The notes beneath the pieces were generated by a model. The model made no database searches, had not been told where the DNA came from, and worked only from the letters and a program-made list of their open reading frames with translations. From NCBI GenBank assembly GCA_963719035.1, contig CAVRAO010000012.1, positions 152,022 through 216,021 of the forward strand: a stretch of DNA of 64,000 nucleotides. The letters are read 5' to 3'. Shown one piece after another: positions 47,745 through 57,652 of the stretch. Every line of letters starts with the position of its first letter. Within the stretch, counting starts at the first letter, position 1. Origin of the DNA: Methanobacteriota archaeon. Its GTDB lineage: Archaea > Halobacteriota > Bog-38 > Methanoflorentales > Methanoflorentaceae. The position numbers were made by a program, and so were the translations under genes.

Positions 47745-49541
47745 ATGCCTCCACCTTCTGTACTCGAAAAAATGGACAACTTGCCGGGCAGTCCCGGGGT
47801 CTACCTGATGAAGGATGCCGGTGGGAAAATCATCTACATTGGGAAAGCTATCTCTTTGAAGAACCGCGTTAGAACCTATTTTCATACTACGCCGGTAGCA
47901 CCGCGAACGATGGCACTCGTCGAGCGGGTCGACGACGTCGAGTGGATCGTCACTAACACCGAAAAAGAGGCGCTTATCCTTGAGTCAAACCTTATCAAGC
48001 TTCACAAGCCGCGATACAACGTTCGGCTCACCGATGACGGCAGCTTCCCGTACATCCGAATTTCGAGGGACGTATATCCGAGCATCACTGTGACGCGCGC
48101 CGTAAGAAACGACGGATCATCCTATTTCGGCCCATACACGAGCGCGCAGGCCACGCGTCAAAGCGTGAAGGTGTTGCGCAAGGCGTTCCCGTTGCGCAGC
48201 TGCAGTAGAGACCTGCAGCGCGTTCTAAGGCCCTGCCTTAACTATCAACTTAAGCTCTGTGTGGGCCCTTGTGCAGACAAAACGGAGCCTAGCGCGTACG
48301 CTCAGCTCGTAACGGGCATACGGGGGTTTCTCGAAGGGCGTCAGGACGACATTCTCAGGGAGCTGAAGCACGAAATGCGCGAAGCGGCAACAGATATGGA
48401 TTTTGAACGCGCGGCGACGCTACGCGATCGCATTGCTGTGCTCGAGCGCGTCCGAGAACAGCAGTATGTAGAGCCACGACGTGGCGACGAGGATGTCATC
48501 GCCATCGCCCGCAGAGGTCCACAGGCGTGTGCGCTCATACTCATGGTTCGCGAAGGGAAAGTCACGGGGCAACAATCATACGTTCTGCGCGGAACCGAAG
48601 GCGTTGATATGACTGAACTGATGACGGCGTTTATCAAACAACATTACTTCCATCTCGAGGGGCCTTACGTTCCGAAGGGCATCCTTCTCGAGCACCCAAT
48701 AGAAGAAGCGGATGCCATTGAGAATCTCCTTACCGAGATCAGAGGAAGTCGCGTTCACCTGAACGTTCCCCGCGCCGGACCGAAGAAAAAGCTCGTCGCG
48801 CTTGCTCACAAGAACGCCGAATCGATGCTTAAAAAGCCAGCTGCTGCAGATGCGTTGTATGTTCTTAAAGACGCCCTTCGACTCAGTTCTTACCCGTACA
48901 GGATCGAAGCGTTCGACGTGTCGAACCTTGCCGGGGCAGAAGCAATGGGGTCGATGGCGGTATTCATCGACGGTATGCCACAGTTTAATGAGTACCGCTA
49001 TTACAAGATCAAGAGCGTTACGACGATCGACGACTACGCAATGCTCAAGGAGATTGTCAGCCGGCGATTTCGAGACCGAAAAAGCCGCGCGGACCTCATC
49101 GTGGTTGATGGGGGAAAGGGACAGGTGCGCGCCGTCAAGGACGCCCTCACGATGCTCGGTTTAAGGACCCCTCTTGCTGGCTTGGCAAAGCGCGAAGAAC
49201 TCGTTTACGTGCCAGGTCGGTCAGCGCCTGTGGCGGTGCCGCAGATTGCACTCAATGTGCTGATGCGCATTCGTGACGAGGCGCATCGAGCGGCCATCCG
49301 CAGGCATCGAAACTTACGCTCGCGCAAGCTTTTGGAAAGCACGCTCGACCAAATTCCGGGTGTCGGCAAAAGACGAAAAATTGAACTGCTTAAACGTTTT
49401 GGGTCCGTGGCTGAGCTTAAAAAAGCAAGTGTAGTAGAGATCGAATCGGTGCCTGCCGTAAACAAGACGACCGCTCATAGCGTTTTCAGTTTTTTTAACG
49501 AGCGACCTGCGGCCGTTCGTGTGTCCACCGCACATACGTGA
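47745..49541 (+). CDS. uvrC: Excinuclease ABC subunit C
   Basis: 598 aa. GIY-YIG N-terminus (GVYLMKDAGGKIIYIGKA), UVR domain (DFERAATLRDR) and a C-terminal HhH. Confidence 0.95.
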   Translation: MPPPSVLEKMDNLPGSPGVYLMKDAGGKIIYIGKAISLKNRVRTYFHTTPVAPRTMALVERVDDVEWIVTNTEKEALILESNLIKLHKPRYNVRLTDDGSFPYIRISRDVYPSITVTRAVRNDGSSYFGPYTSAQATRQSVKVLRKAFPLRSCSRDLQRVLRPCLNYQLKLCVGPCADKTEPSAYAQLVTGIRGFLEGRQDDILRELKHEMREAATDMDFERAATLRDRIAVLERVREQQYVEPRRGDEDVIAIARRGPQACALILMVREGKVTGQQSYVLRGTEGVDMTELMTAFIKQHYFHLEGPYVPKGILLEHPIEEADAIENLLTEIRGSRVHLNVPRAGPKKKLVALAHKNAESMLKKPAAADALYVLKDALRLSSYPYRIEAFDVSNLAGAEAMGSMAVFIDGMPQFNEYRYYKIKSVTTIDDYAMLKEIVSRRFRDRKSRADLIVVDGGKGQVRAVKDALTMLGLRTPLAGLAKREELVYVPGRSAPVAVPQIALNVLMRIRDEAHRAAIRRHRNLRSRKLLESTLDQIPGVGKRRKIELLKRFGSVAELKKASVVEIESVPAVNKTTAHSVFSFFNERPAAVRVSTAHT

Positions 49542-49814
49542 CTAACGTATGCGAGAAGAACTTATGAAGGGTTGGCGTCGTAGATTGGTTTTCGATCCGT
49601 CGCCGCCCCTCGCAAGCACCTTCGTTTAACTTGGAAGATACTTTATTTGGGAAAGCTTTTTAAGTCAATATTCGGACTAAAAAAGAGCGTGTGAGGCTCG
49701 GTTGAGGGCGGCTATTCTGACTTTAAGGCTGCAACTGACTCGAATGGGTAAATCCTGTGTAGACGAATTTTCAAGGGGGACGCGACGGTAAATCCAGTAA
49801 TCTTCATCGCAAGT

Positions 49815-50801
49815 TTGGCTGTAATCTTTATCGGCAGCAGCCTCTTTACGAACGGCGTGGAATGGGTTGGATGTAAGTTCAAGCTTTCTGAGGGGGTCGT
49901 CGGCTCGGTGTTGGCTGCCATAGGGACGGCATTGCCAGAAACCATCGTCCCACTGATCGCTATTTTCTTTGTTGCGGGACCGACAGGACAAGGTGTCGGC
50001 ATCGGGGCGATATTAGGCGCGCCTTTTATGTTGGGAACCCTCGCCCTTTTTGTTACCGGTGTCGCCATAATTATTTTTAGACGTCGTCGAGTAATGGGGG
50101 CTGAAATTGCGTTTAATAGCACAATAACACGGCGGGATTTGGGCACCTTTTTCCTCGTGTACTTAGGTGCTGTGAGCGTCGCGCTCTTTGTGCCTCAGCC
50201 AATGAAACCGTTCACGGCCCCGTTCTTCGTAGCCGTTTACGTTGCGCACGTGTGGCGCATATTCAAAGCCGACGAGGGCGCATTAAAAGCACCGCTGCAG
50301 CCATTGAAGTTTGATTTGTGGGCAGCCCGATTAAAGAACGAGACTGCCCGCCAGCATCCATCATCATGGCTTGTAATTGGACAAACCGTCTTGTCAGTAC
50401 TCCTTATAATAGCAGGCGCTCGGCTCTTTGTAAATCAAATTGTCAGCATCGCCGAGCAGCTCAACGCAAGTGCGACGCTGCTTGCGCTCGTTATCGCACC
50501 GATAGCAACGGAGCTCCCTGAAAAGCTGAACAGCGTCTTTTGGGTTAGACAAGGCAAGGATACGCTTGCACTCGGGAACATAACAGGGGCGATGGTGTTT
50601 CAGAGCTGCATTCCAGTGGCGTCTGGGATTGCATTCACCGCATGGACGCTTGGACCCGTTGAGCTATTTAGCGCGGCGCTTGCCCTCACAGCGGGCCTCT
50701 GGGTTTACGTGCTTGCTGCTAAAGGGAAGTTGACGGCACCGGCGCTCATCTTAAATGGAGTCTTTTATCTCCTGTTCATCGCAGTTGTGCTTCGGGGCTA
50801 G
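49815..50801 (+). CDS. Sodium/calcium exchanger (CaCA family) membrane protein; N-terminus uncertain
   Basis: Alpha-repeat motifs GTALPE and ATELPE with about 10 TM helices. The first canonical start (TTG 49815) truncates TM1; see the finding on the G5 run at 49775-49779. Confidence 0.8.
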   Translation: MAVIFIGSSLFTNGVEWVGCKFKLSEGVVGSVLAAIGTALPETIVPLIAIFFVAGPTGQGVGIGAILGAPFMLGTLALFVTGVAIIIFRRRRVMGAEIAFNSTITRRDLGTFFLVYLGAVSVALFVPQPMKPFTAPFFVAVYVAHVWRIFKADEGALKAPLQPLKFDLWAARLKNETARQHPSSWLVIGQTVLSVLLIIAGARLFVNQIVSIAEQLNASATLLALVIAPIATELPEKLNSVFWVRQGKDTLALGNITGAMVFQSCIPVASGIAFTAWTLGPVELFSAALALTAGLWVYVLAAKGKLTAPALILNGVFYLLFIAVVLRG

Positions 50802-50967
50802 CGGTCTCAGGTTTGACGTCTTTCTGGTTTTTCCTACGCGCTCGATCAGTAGTCAAGCGAGGTAACCCTCTCGCTGACTCGAGAACATATGTCCCAGCAA
50901 GGTGTCTCCTAACACTTCCTATCGCTAAAAATGCAATAAGTCGAGCTTACTGCTTTTGCAAGGCAGT

Positions 50968-51468
50968 TCAAGCAACATTGCTTATCGCATCTTTAATATA
51001 GGGATATGCGTCGAACGTTTGGCTAAATGGGACGTTCACGTCTGTGACCAGGGCGTGGGCGTTGACGATCCCGCTCAGGTCTATCATGACGCTTTGAGCA
51101 AAGATCGTTTGGAACGTAGCGCTGATTGCAGAGCTAAAGAATATTGTAGACGTTATCGGGATTTCGACGCTTCCACGTGCCGGGACTTGGAATCCGCTAG
51201 AAGTGCCGTTGCTTAAGACTTGGCCGCCTTTTGCTAGGAGCAGGTCGTAGGTTAGTGAGTTGACAGTGACTCCAACGACGTTTGGATTGTACAGCTTGAT
51301 TACGAACGTTATCGTGAAACCCGAGCGTGACACGTTATCGATCGAGCGCACAGACACGCCTTCGACTTGGGGGGCTTGGAGTGTTAAAAAGAAGGCGGCC
51401 CCTGCGACAGCAATGACAATAATAACGACGGCGATTATGGCGGCAATAGTTCTTGTCCGCATAGCCAA
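50968..51468 (-). CDS. LEA_2 / WHy-domain (LEA14-like) protein with an N-terminal membrane anchor
   Basis: TM anchor, then ...FVIKLYNPNVVGVTVNSLTYDLLLAKGGQVLSNG...VPARGSVEIPI, the pattern typical of LEA_2. Confidence 0.6.
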   Translation of the reverse strand: MAMRTRTIAAIIAVVIIVIAVAGAAFFLTLQAPQVEGVSVRSIDNVSRSGFTITFVIKLYNPNVVGVTVNSLTYDLLLAKGGQVLSNGTSSGFQVPARGSVEIPITSTIFFSSAISATFQTIFAQSVMIDLSGIVNAHALVTDVNVPFSQTFDAYPYIKDAISNVA

Positions 51469-51688
51469 GCAATAGCCTTTTGACTATTTATATGAACCGA
51501 AACGAGCGCAAGCGTGACGGGTTAAAAAGCACACCGCAATGCGCTAAATAGCTTTTCTGGTCGTGGAATCAGACAGTAAGGAAAACGTAATATCGCTGTT
51601 CGCCGCTACAATAGGTACGCTCTGCGTTGTTTCAGTCTACCAAGGTGCGCCAGAGCATGTGTTATACTAACGCACAGGTCGAGCAGAA

Positions 51689-52039
51689 ATGCAATATGAA
51701 GAAGTCACGCGCCGTGATTGGGAGAGAACCGCGCTTTACCTTGCCGGTGGAATGTTACTCATTATGACTGCCGCAATTTTCCTTTCTGCAATTAACCGCA
51801 TTATTGGGGCGATCATTTGGTTCGCCCTCATCGGTGTGGTGCTTACGATCTTGGTAAGTTGGCACACCAAAATGTACGCATATAAGTGCAAACAGTGTGG
51901 AGAACAATTTGAGATCTCACCAGTAACGAATTTCGTCAGCCCTCAAGGCTTCGGCAAAAACGGTGCGTGGAAGTACCTCAAGTGCCCACGATGCAACAAA
52001 CACGAGCGCGCTGAGGTTTTAAAGAAGGTCAACAGATGA
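51689..52039 (+). CDS. Hypothetical membrane protein with a C-terminal zinc ribbon
   Basis: 116 aa with two TM helices, then YKCKQCGEQF...LKCPRCNKHE. Confidence 0.55.
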   Translation: MQYEEVTRRDWERTALYLAGGMLLIMTAAIFLSAINRIIGAIIWFALIGVVLTILVSWHTKMYAYKCKQCGEQFEISPVTNFVSPQGFGKNGAWKYLKCPRCNKHERAEVLKKVNR

Positions 52040-52071
52040 TTTGAGCGGCCCCTATTGCTGTTCGCGGTGTA

Positions 52072-52917
52072 TCATACGTTCCTTTCTTTCACAACCGTCT
52101 CGCCTGGCTTGTTTAAATCAAGCGTTGCCTCCACTTCTAACCGGACCATTTTTACGTGGATGCCTCCGTTTTCATCAGGTGGCCGTCGTTCCACGTACGC
52201 GTTGGCGATCTCTCCTACAAAATCCTCGCGCAACGCGTCAGGAAGGCGTTCCGTGTAAGGAAGGAAGACCGTGCGCAACCAGCCAGTAAGCGCGCCTCTC
52301 CCGTCGTGTAACATATCCTTTGGGACCAACTGAACGCGTTTCGCAGAAAGGCCCGCCCGCTCAACGAAACCGCGGTATTCTTCGACGCTGTAGAAGAACC
52401 ACGGGTAAGTGAAGTTTTTAAAATAGCCTTTCCAGCGGCTATGCGTTGTAAGCTCATTCGCCACGTCGGAAATCATCGCAGCATTGCCCTTCCCGCCGAA
52501 CTGAAGGGCCGTCCGTCCGCCCGGCTTGAGGCTTCGCTTGATTCCGCTGAGCACAGCGAGATGATCGCTTACCCAGTGGAGGCTTGCAAACGACACGACG
52601 AGGTCGAACTCGCAACGATAAGAAAGGCGGGTCGCATTACCCCAGCGAAACTGCAGATTTGGATAACGGACGGGTGGAAATCGCCGTTGGGCAAACGCAA
52701 CCATGTTCTCAGACGAGTCGATCGCGAGCACGTGTCCCCTTGGAACGAGCGCTGCAAGCTCTGCAGTCACCTTTCCATCGCCGCAGCCGATGTCCAGTAT
52801 TCGCTCATCGCCTGCGAGTTTTAGGGTTCGAATGACGTCGTGGGCCCACCGTTGCTGCGAAGATGAGTGTTTTTCGTATTCAGCTGCATCCCAATTGTGC
52901 GCCACGTTCAGTTGCAT
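52072..52917 (-). CDS. Class I SAM-dependent methyltransferase
   Basis: ILDIGCGDGKVT (motif I) and later DLVVSFASLHW. 281 aa. Confidence 0.85.
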   Translation of the reverse strand: MQLNVAHNWDAAEYEKHSSSQQRWAHDVIRTLKLAGDERILDIGCGDGKVTAELAALVPRGHVLAIDSSENMVAFAQRRFPPVRYPNLQFRWGNATRLSYRCEFDLVVSFASLHWVSDHLAVLSGIKRSLKPGGRTALQFGGKGNAAMISDVANELTTHSRWKGYFKNFTYPWFFYSVEEYRGFVERAGLSAKRVQLVPKDMLHDGRGALTGWLRTVFLPYTERLPDALREDFVGEIANAYVERRPPDENGGIHVKMVRLEVEATLDLNKPGETVVKERNV

Positions 52918-52990
52918 CTCCTGTGGTTCAGTTCAGCGAGCGGCTTCAACGCCTCAATGCCCAGATACGAACAATCGAGGTGGTATAGAG

Positions 52991-54011
52991 TTACATTTCA
53001 AGCACGACTCTATAGTGAGCATCATTGTTGCGGACTCGCTGTACAGCACTGTTTATGTCCGTTTGGGGGAACACCTCGGATCGTGCGACAATGTGATGAC
53101 TCGCAGCGAATGCGAGCATCTCTCGCATCACGTCTCTTCCACCTGTTAAGGCTTCCGCTTATCGATTTCTGGCCACCAACGAGAAAAGGCGCTGGAACCG
53201 CGACGCTGCTTACCTCGCCATGTGAGCGCAGCCGATTAACGATCGTCAAGTGGCCGTTGGGCCGCAGGGCCTCCATGTAGGATGACCACGGGAGGGGTGC
53301 AGAGGCTGTCGATAGTATGAAATCTAAGGTTCGTTTAGTCTCTTGCATCTCCTTTTCGTTACGGCTATTAACGAAGTGATCCGCGCCAAAAGCAAATGAA
53401 TCGTCTTCCTTTTGAGGGTGAGTTGAAAACGCGGTTACCTCGCAGTCTAAGGCGTGCGCGAATTGAAGGGCTATGTGTCCAAGGCCGCCGATGCCAACTA
53501 TGCCGACGCGATGGTGGGGGCGGAGGCCAAAGCGCCTCATTGGTGCGTAGACTGTCAAGCCTGCGCACATAAGCGGCGCTGCACTTGCTGAATCGAGAGA
53601 ATCTGGAATCGTAAAGGCGAACCGACTATCGGTGCGAACGAAATCAGCGAATCCGCCGTGCCTCTTAACACATGTGAGCACCTTGTTTCGGCACAAGTTC
53701 TCGTATCCGCTCAGGCACCACTCGCAGTGCAAGCAGCTTCCCGATTGCCATCCGACGCCGACTCGTTGACCTGCGCTGAGCCGTTTAACCTTAAAGCCAG
53801 TCGCTCTTATTATACCGACGATTTCATGTCCTGGGACGAGTGGATAATGCGAAATGTTCCAGTCGTTATCGATGAGGTGTATATCGCTATGGCAGACCCC
53901 GCAATGGCTGACCTCGATGTCAATTTCGAATGGCCCTGGCTCTCGAAGTTCGTAGTCAAACGGACGAAGGGCCGCCCCTGGCCCTCGCGCGGCGAATGCG
54001 TGGATATGCAT
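52991..54011 (-). CDS. Zinc-dependent alcohol dehydrogenase (CAD/MDR family), frame broken by an apparent 1-nt insertion near the 3' end
   Basis: GVCHSDIH, GHEIVG, CLHCEWCLSGYENLC and GIGGLGH motifs in track ORF 53022..54071. The conserved C-terminus GGRDVMREMLAFAASHHIVARSEVFPQTDINSAVQRVRNNDAHYRVVLEM* is in another frame, ending at 52991. The frames switch at 53141-53150. Probable start is the ATG at 54011 (MHIHAFAA). Confidence 0.8.
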
Positions 54012-54153
54012 CTTTCGGTTTACCATGTTTGCCATATGTAGCATTTTATTGTTTGCCACGGCTGAGGTCATGACGTGAGGTTTTACACCCCCCTAAACGG
54101 TTATATATCAAAAAGCATAGCTTCAGATATATTGTAATACACGAGGAATCCCA

Positions 54154-54666
54154 GTGGCGAGACGAATATGGAAAGAGTGGGCGCACGACCAGTTTCTAGG
54201 GATGGCGCAGTTCGGTCCTCTCAAAATGGAACGCGGCAACATCAAGTTTTTTGTGCTTATGACGCTCCAGAAACAACCGCTCCACGGGTACGGCATTATA
54301 AGGGCGATTGAGGACGTGAGTGGCCACGCCCCGAGCGCAGGAGTGATCTATCCGACGCTCCAGATGCTTGAGGATCAGGGGTGCGTCACCATGCATGAGG
54401 AGGATCACAAGAAGATATACGCCATCACTGACGACGGGCGATTCTTCTTGGAGAAACACTGCGAAACGGTTGAGCGATTAAGCACGCGCGTTGCTCAGCC
54501 ACGATGGAGTTCACTACCAGGCGTTGGCAGGCGCGTCGGAGAAATCGCGCGGACCGTCTTTTCCAACTACTCGTATCTCGACGACGAGAAGACTCGACAG
54601 ATCGAGAATATCCTCGACGAGGCGAAGAGACAGATTGGCGAAGTGATTTTTGCGAGAAAGCGTTAA
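54154..54666 (+). CDS. PadR-family transcriptional regulator
   Basis: FFVLMTLQKQPLHGYGIIRAIEDVSGHAPSAGVIYPTLQMLEDQG. GTG start preceded by GAGGAA. Confidence 0.85.
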   Translation: MARRIWKEWAHDQFLGMAQFGPLKMERGNIKFFVLMTLQKQPLHGYGIIRAIEDVSGHAPSAGVIYPTLQMLEDQGCVTMHEEDHKKIYAITDDGRFFLEKHCETVERLSTRVAQPRWSSLPGVGRRVGEIARTVFSNYSYLDDEKTRQIENILDEAKRQIGEVIFARKR

Positions 54667-54796
54667 GATGGCGCAGCGTTACGTCTGGAAACAGGGGCTT
54701 GATCGCCGACCTTTGCGAAGCTTGCCGTGTTAAGTTTTTCCGCAAGTAGAGAGCGCTGCCTTTTTATTCATTGCGCGATCGCCAGGAGTTCACGGT

Positions 54797-56086
54797 TTGA
54801 AAGACTCAGATGACACAAGAGCACTCGAAACTGAAGCGGCTACGTCCGCTGCGACGGTTATTCCGCAGCGGAACCTTTTTCGACCTCAGACGTTCAAAGC
54901 GCTGCATTACCGCAACTTTGCGCTGCTTTGGGGCGGTATGCTCTTATCGAACACCGGCACATGGATGCAGATTATCGCGCAATCACTCCTCGTTTTGCAG
55001 CTTACGCAAAACTCAGGCGTTGCTCTTGGGATAATCTCGTTTGCCCAAGCCTCTCCGTTCTTGGTATTTTCGCTTGTCGGCGGGGGCGTGGCCGACAGGG
55101 TGGACAAGCGACGGTTGTTGTTGGTCACGCAAAGCCTGCAAATTGGCTACGCGTTTGCCTTGGGAATCCTAACTGTAACAGGTCTCGTGCAGTTCTGGCA
55201 TATCGTTGTATTGTCGGTGCTCGTCGGAATCACGCTTAGCTTCGACCAGCCGACCCGATTTGCCCTTATCCCCTCTATAGTGCCGCGTGAGGACCTTTCA
55301 AACGCGATATCGCTTAACACGATTCTTTTTAACGGCGCGGCGATTTTCGGGCCAGCGTTAGGTGGAGCGCTCGTTATGGTCATTGGCTATGCAGGCGTCT
55401 TCTTCGTTAATGGCCTGAGCTATGTCGCAGTTCTCATAGCGCTTCTTCTCATGAGGCTATCCCCAGTCATTACTTCGAGGTCTGGGTCGTTGTTTCGCAC
55501 TATAAGGGGCGGTTTAACCCACATATTCCGCGACCGCTTTCTGGCAACGCTGCTCATCAACTTCGGGTCTTTACTGTTTTTCGGATCAACATATACGATA
55601 CTGCTTGCGCTCTTCGCGGTGACTGAGCTCCGGACCACACCAGCAGGACTTGGCGTCCTTTACACGGCGATCGGGGTCGGAACCATCGTCGGTTCGCTTG
55701 CGCTGGCGTCGCTGGGCGACTTCCGACGCAAGGGGGAGCTCTTGATGATCTCGTCGATTTCGATGTCATTATCGGTGATCGCTTTTTCGTTTCTTCACCT
55801 TTATTGGCTCTCATTCAGTTTGCTGCTCGTTGCCGGGGCGTCGCAAGCCGTTGTGTCAGCCGTATCAATCACACTCATGCAGCTCAACACGCCACGCAAT
55901 ATGATTGGTCTCGTGATGAGCATAAACACCCTCATTGTTATGGGAATACGACCGCTGGGTGCATTCCCCATTGGTGCTTTGAGCGCGGTTATCGGCGTTT
56001 CTGCCGCAATAGCTTCTGGCGCAGCGATAGCTTGTGTGATAAGTGTTTATCTATTCGCAGCCAACAAGCGGTTGCGATCAACGTAG
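54797..56086 (+). CDS. MFS transporter
   Basis: 429 aa, about 12 TM helices, GGGVADRVDKRRLL loop 2-3 motif. TTG start with AGGAG 8 nt upstream. Downstream of padR. Confidence 0.85.
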   Translation: MKDSDDTRALETEAATSAATVIPQRNLFRPQTFKALHYRNFALLWGGMLLSNTGTWMQIIAQSLLVLQLTQNSGVALGIISFAQASPFLVFSLVGGGVADRVDKRRLLLVTQSLQIGYAFALGILTVTGLVQFWHIVVLSVLVGITLSFDQPTRFALIPSIVPREDLSNAISLNTILFNGAAIFGPALGGALVMVIGYAGVFFVNGLSYVAVLIALLLMRLSPVITSRSGSLFRTIRGGLTHIFRDRFLATLLINFGSLLFFGSTYTILLALFAVTELRTTPAGLGVLYTAIGVGTIVGSLALASLGDFRRKGELLMISSISMSLSVIAFSFLHLYWLSFSLLLVAGASQAVVSAVSITLMQLNTPRNMIGLVMSINTLIVMGIRPLGAFPIGALSAVIGVSAAIASGAAIACVISVYLFAANKRLRST

Positions 56087-56189
56087 CGCTCAAAAAAGAA
56101 GCTTTTCTTTCAACTTTTTGGATGTTTTCAGCAGGATAAATTACTTAATTTTCGTGACTGCGGCGTGCGGAACGCGATACATGTGTCGC

Positions 56190-56790
56190 CTTACTTAATT
56201 CACACCGCAGTATGAATCAGCCACACCTCTCCATATCGAACGTTCCCCTAGTTTTTCCACTCAATAGTTTCCGCTGTTTCCTCTGCATTTTGTGTCAGAA
56301 GACTGAGGTGGATAACGTATCTGAATGCCCGGATAGCGAAATTAGAAATTATCTCTTGACGTTTTTTTGCCTGATAGCGAGTAAAGCGCTTCCTGTTTTG
56401 ACGGGGCCCATTGTGGCCTTCTTTCGTACTGGTCGCCACGTCACTTGGAAAATACAGTCGCAACGGAGCTCGAAACTACTTAAAGCGGCCCTCTGGCGTG
56501 CGAAGTAAATCGCTTCTAATGGAGCGTTAGCGAGCCAATAGTCGCCTTGTGAATATGCGCGCACCGCGCCTCGTTTAGAAAAATAAAAATCTTGGTACGT
56601 TCAGACACCTTTATTGCGAGTCCAGATTTTAAAAAAAAGCGCAAAATACGAGCGAAAACGTTAAATATGATCTTGTAGAGCTTAATTATGTTGTGATTAA
56701 CGGGAGCCGGGCTCGTGAATTGGCCTGCCTCGAAACACCGTCTTCTCTTACGGCTAACGGGCCCGTGTTCCGTCTTCGTTTTTAAATGTA
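56190..56790 (+). repeat. Non-coding module, copy B (paralog of 30592-31200)
   Basis: See copy A. The shared islands are tcacacc, ttttccact, cagtcg..ggagct.gaaacta, aaataaaaatctt, cgagtccagattt, cgttaaatat and cgggagccgggc. Confidence 0.6.
56702..56771 (+). ncRNA. Candidate structured small RNA, copy B (unknown family)
   Basis: GGGAGCCGGGCU...GGGCCCGUGUUCC. The TATA-like TTAAATAT at 56661-56668 lies 38 nt upstream, and a T5 run follows at 56779-56783. Confidence 0.35.
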
Positions 56791-57154
56791 GAGAATCTAA
56801 GTTGTTTTTTTCGTCTACAGATCTTAGAAATTCGTTTATTTTTAAACTATCTTTTTTTAGTTGGCAGCTGCTTAAATTTCTTCCGATTTTGTCTAGATAT
56901 AGTCTGTTGAGACGCTTAAAAGTAAGTTAAGAAACGCCCAAGTATTTCGGAAGATTATCTCGAGAGCACGTGAATATATCCTGTTAAAAATGCCGTTGCT
57001 ATTATGAGGACCAATTTTAAAGTCTTTGCTCGTCTATTTCGCTGAGATCACTTGAAAATGTTCTTTGATTTCAAGAAAATGCGCATTAAATCTAAATTGG
57101 TATATAACGCTCGAGGTAATGTATGTAACGCTATCACATAACGGAGGTGATTCA

Positions 57155-57466
57155 ATGACAGAAGCGAGAACAGTTAAAAGGATTCCTGTTGGGGCTGTGG
57201 CATTGATCGTTGCGGTGATTAGTGCTGTAATATCGTTCATTTATGGTATATTTTCAGCGGTTTTTATCCTTGGAGGCGCTGCAAGCATGAACACTATCTT
57301 GCCGGAAGGAGTGGGCATCGGTTCGGGTGCAACGTTAGGGATAACCGTCATCATCGCCGCTACTATTGGCGGTTTCATAGGCGGATACATTGTAACAGCA
57401 ATCGCAGCACTCCTCTACAACTGGTTGGCCCCCAGAATCGGTGGTATCAAACTTGAATTCGAGTAA
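57155..57466 (+). CDS. Hypothetical small membrane protein (103 aa)
   Basis: GGAGGTGA lies 5 nt upstream of the ATG at 57155. Three hydrophobic, Gly-rich helices. Confidence 0.55.
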   Translation: MTEARTVKRIPVGAVALIVAVISAVISFIYGIFSAVFILGGAASMNTILPEGVGIGSGATLGITVIIAATIGGFIGGYIVTAIAALLYNWLAPRIGGIKLEFE

Positions 57467-57652
57467 TCGTGATATATTTTTTAGCCTCGATTGCTACGTT
57501 CCGACAATCGCGATTAACGCAAAAAACATAACCACCATTTTTTTATTTTTTAAGACGATAGTTAGTAATCTTACCGCGCTATCGTCTACGGTTCGCCCTT
57601 AGGCGTTAGCCGTGACTCTCTGCTGCGCCAATTCGAACTCTATCTAAGCTGA

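Noticed and set aside
49570-49615. ggttttcgatcc segment that looked like a tRNA T-arm or 3' half (possible att remnant)
   Set aside because: The flanking bases do not form a 5-bp T stem or an acceptor strand, and no matching tRNA is present in the window.
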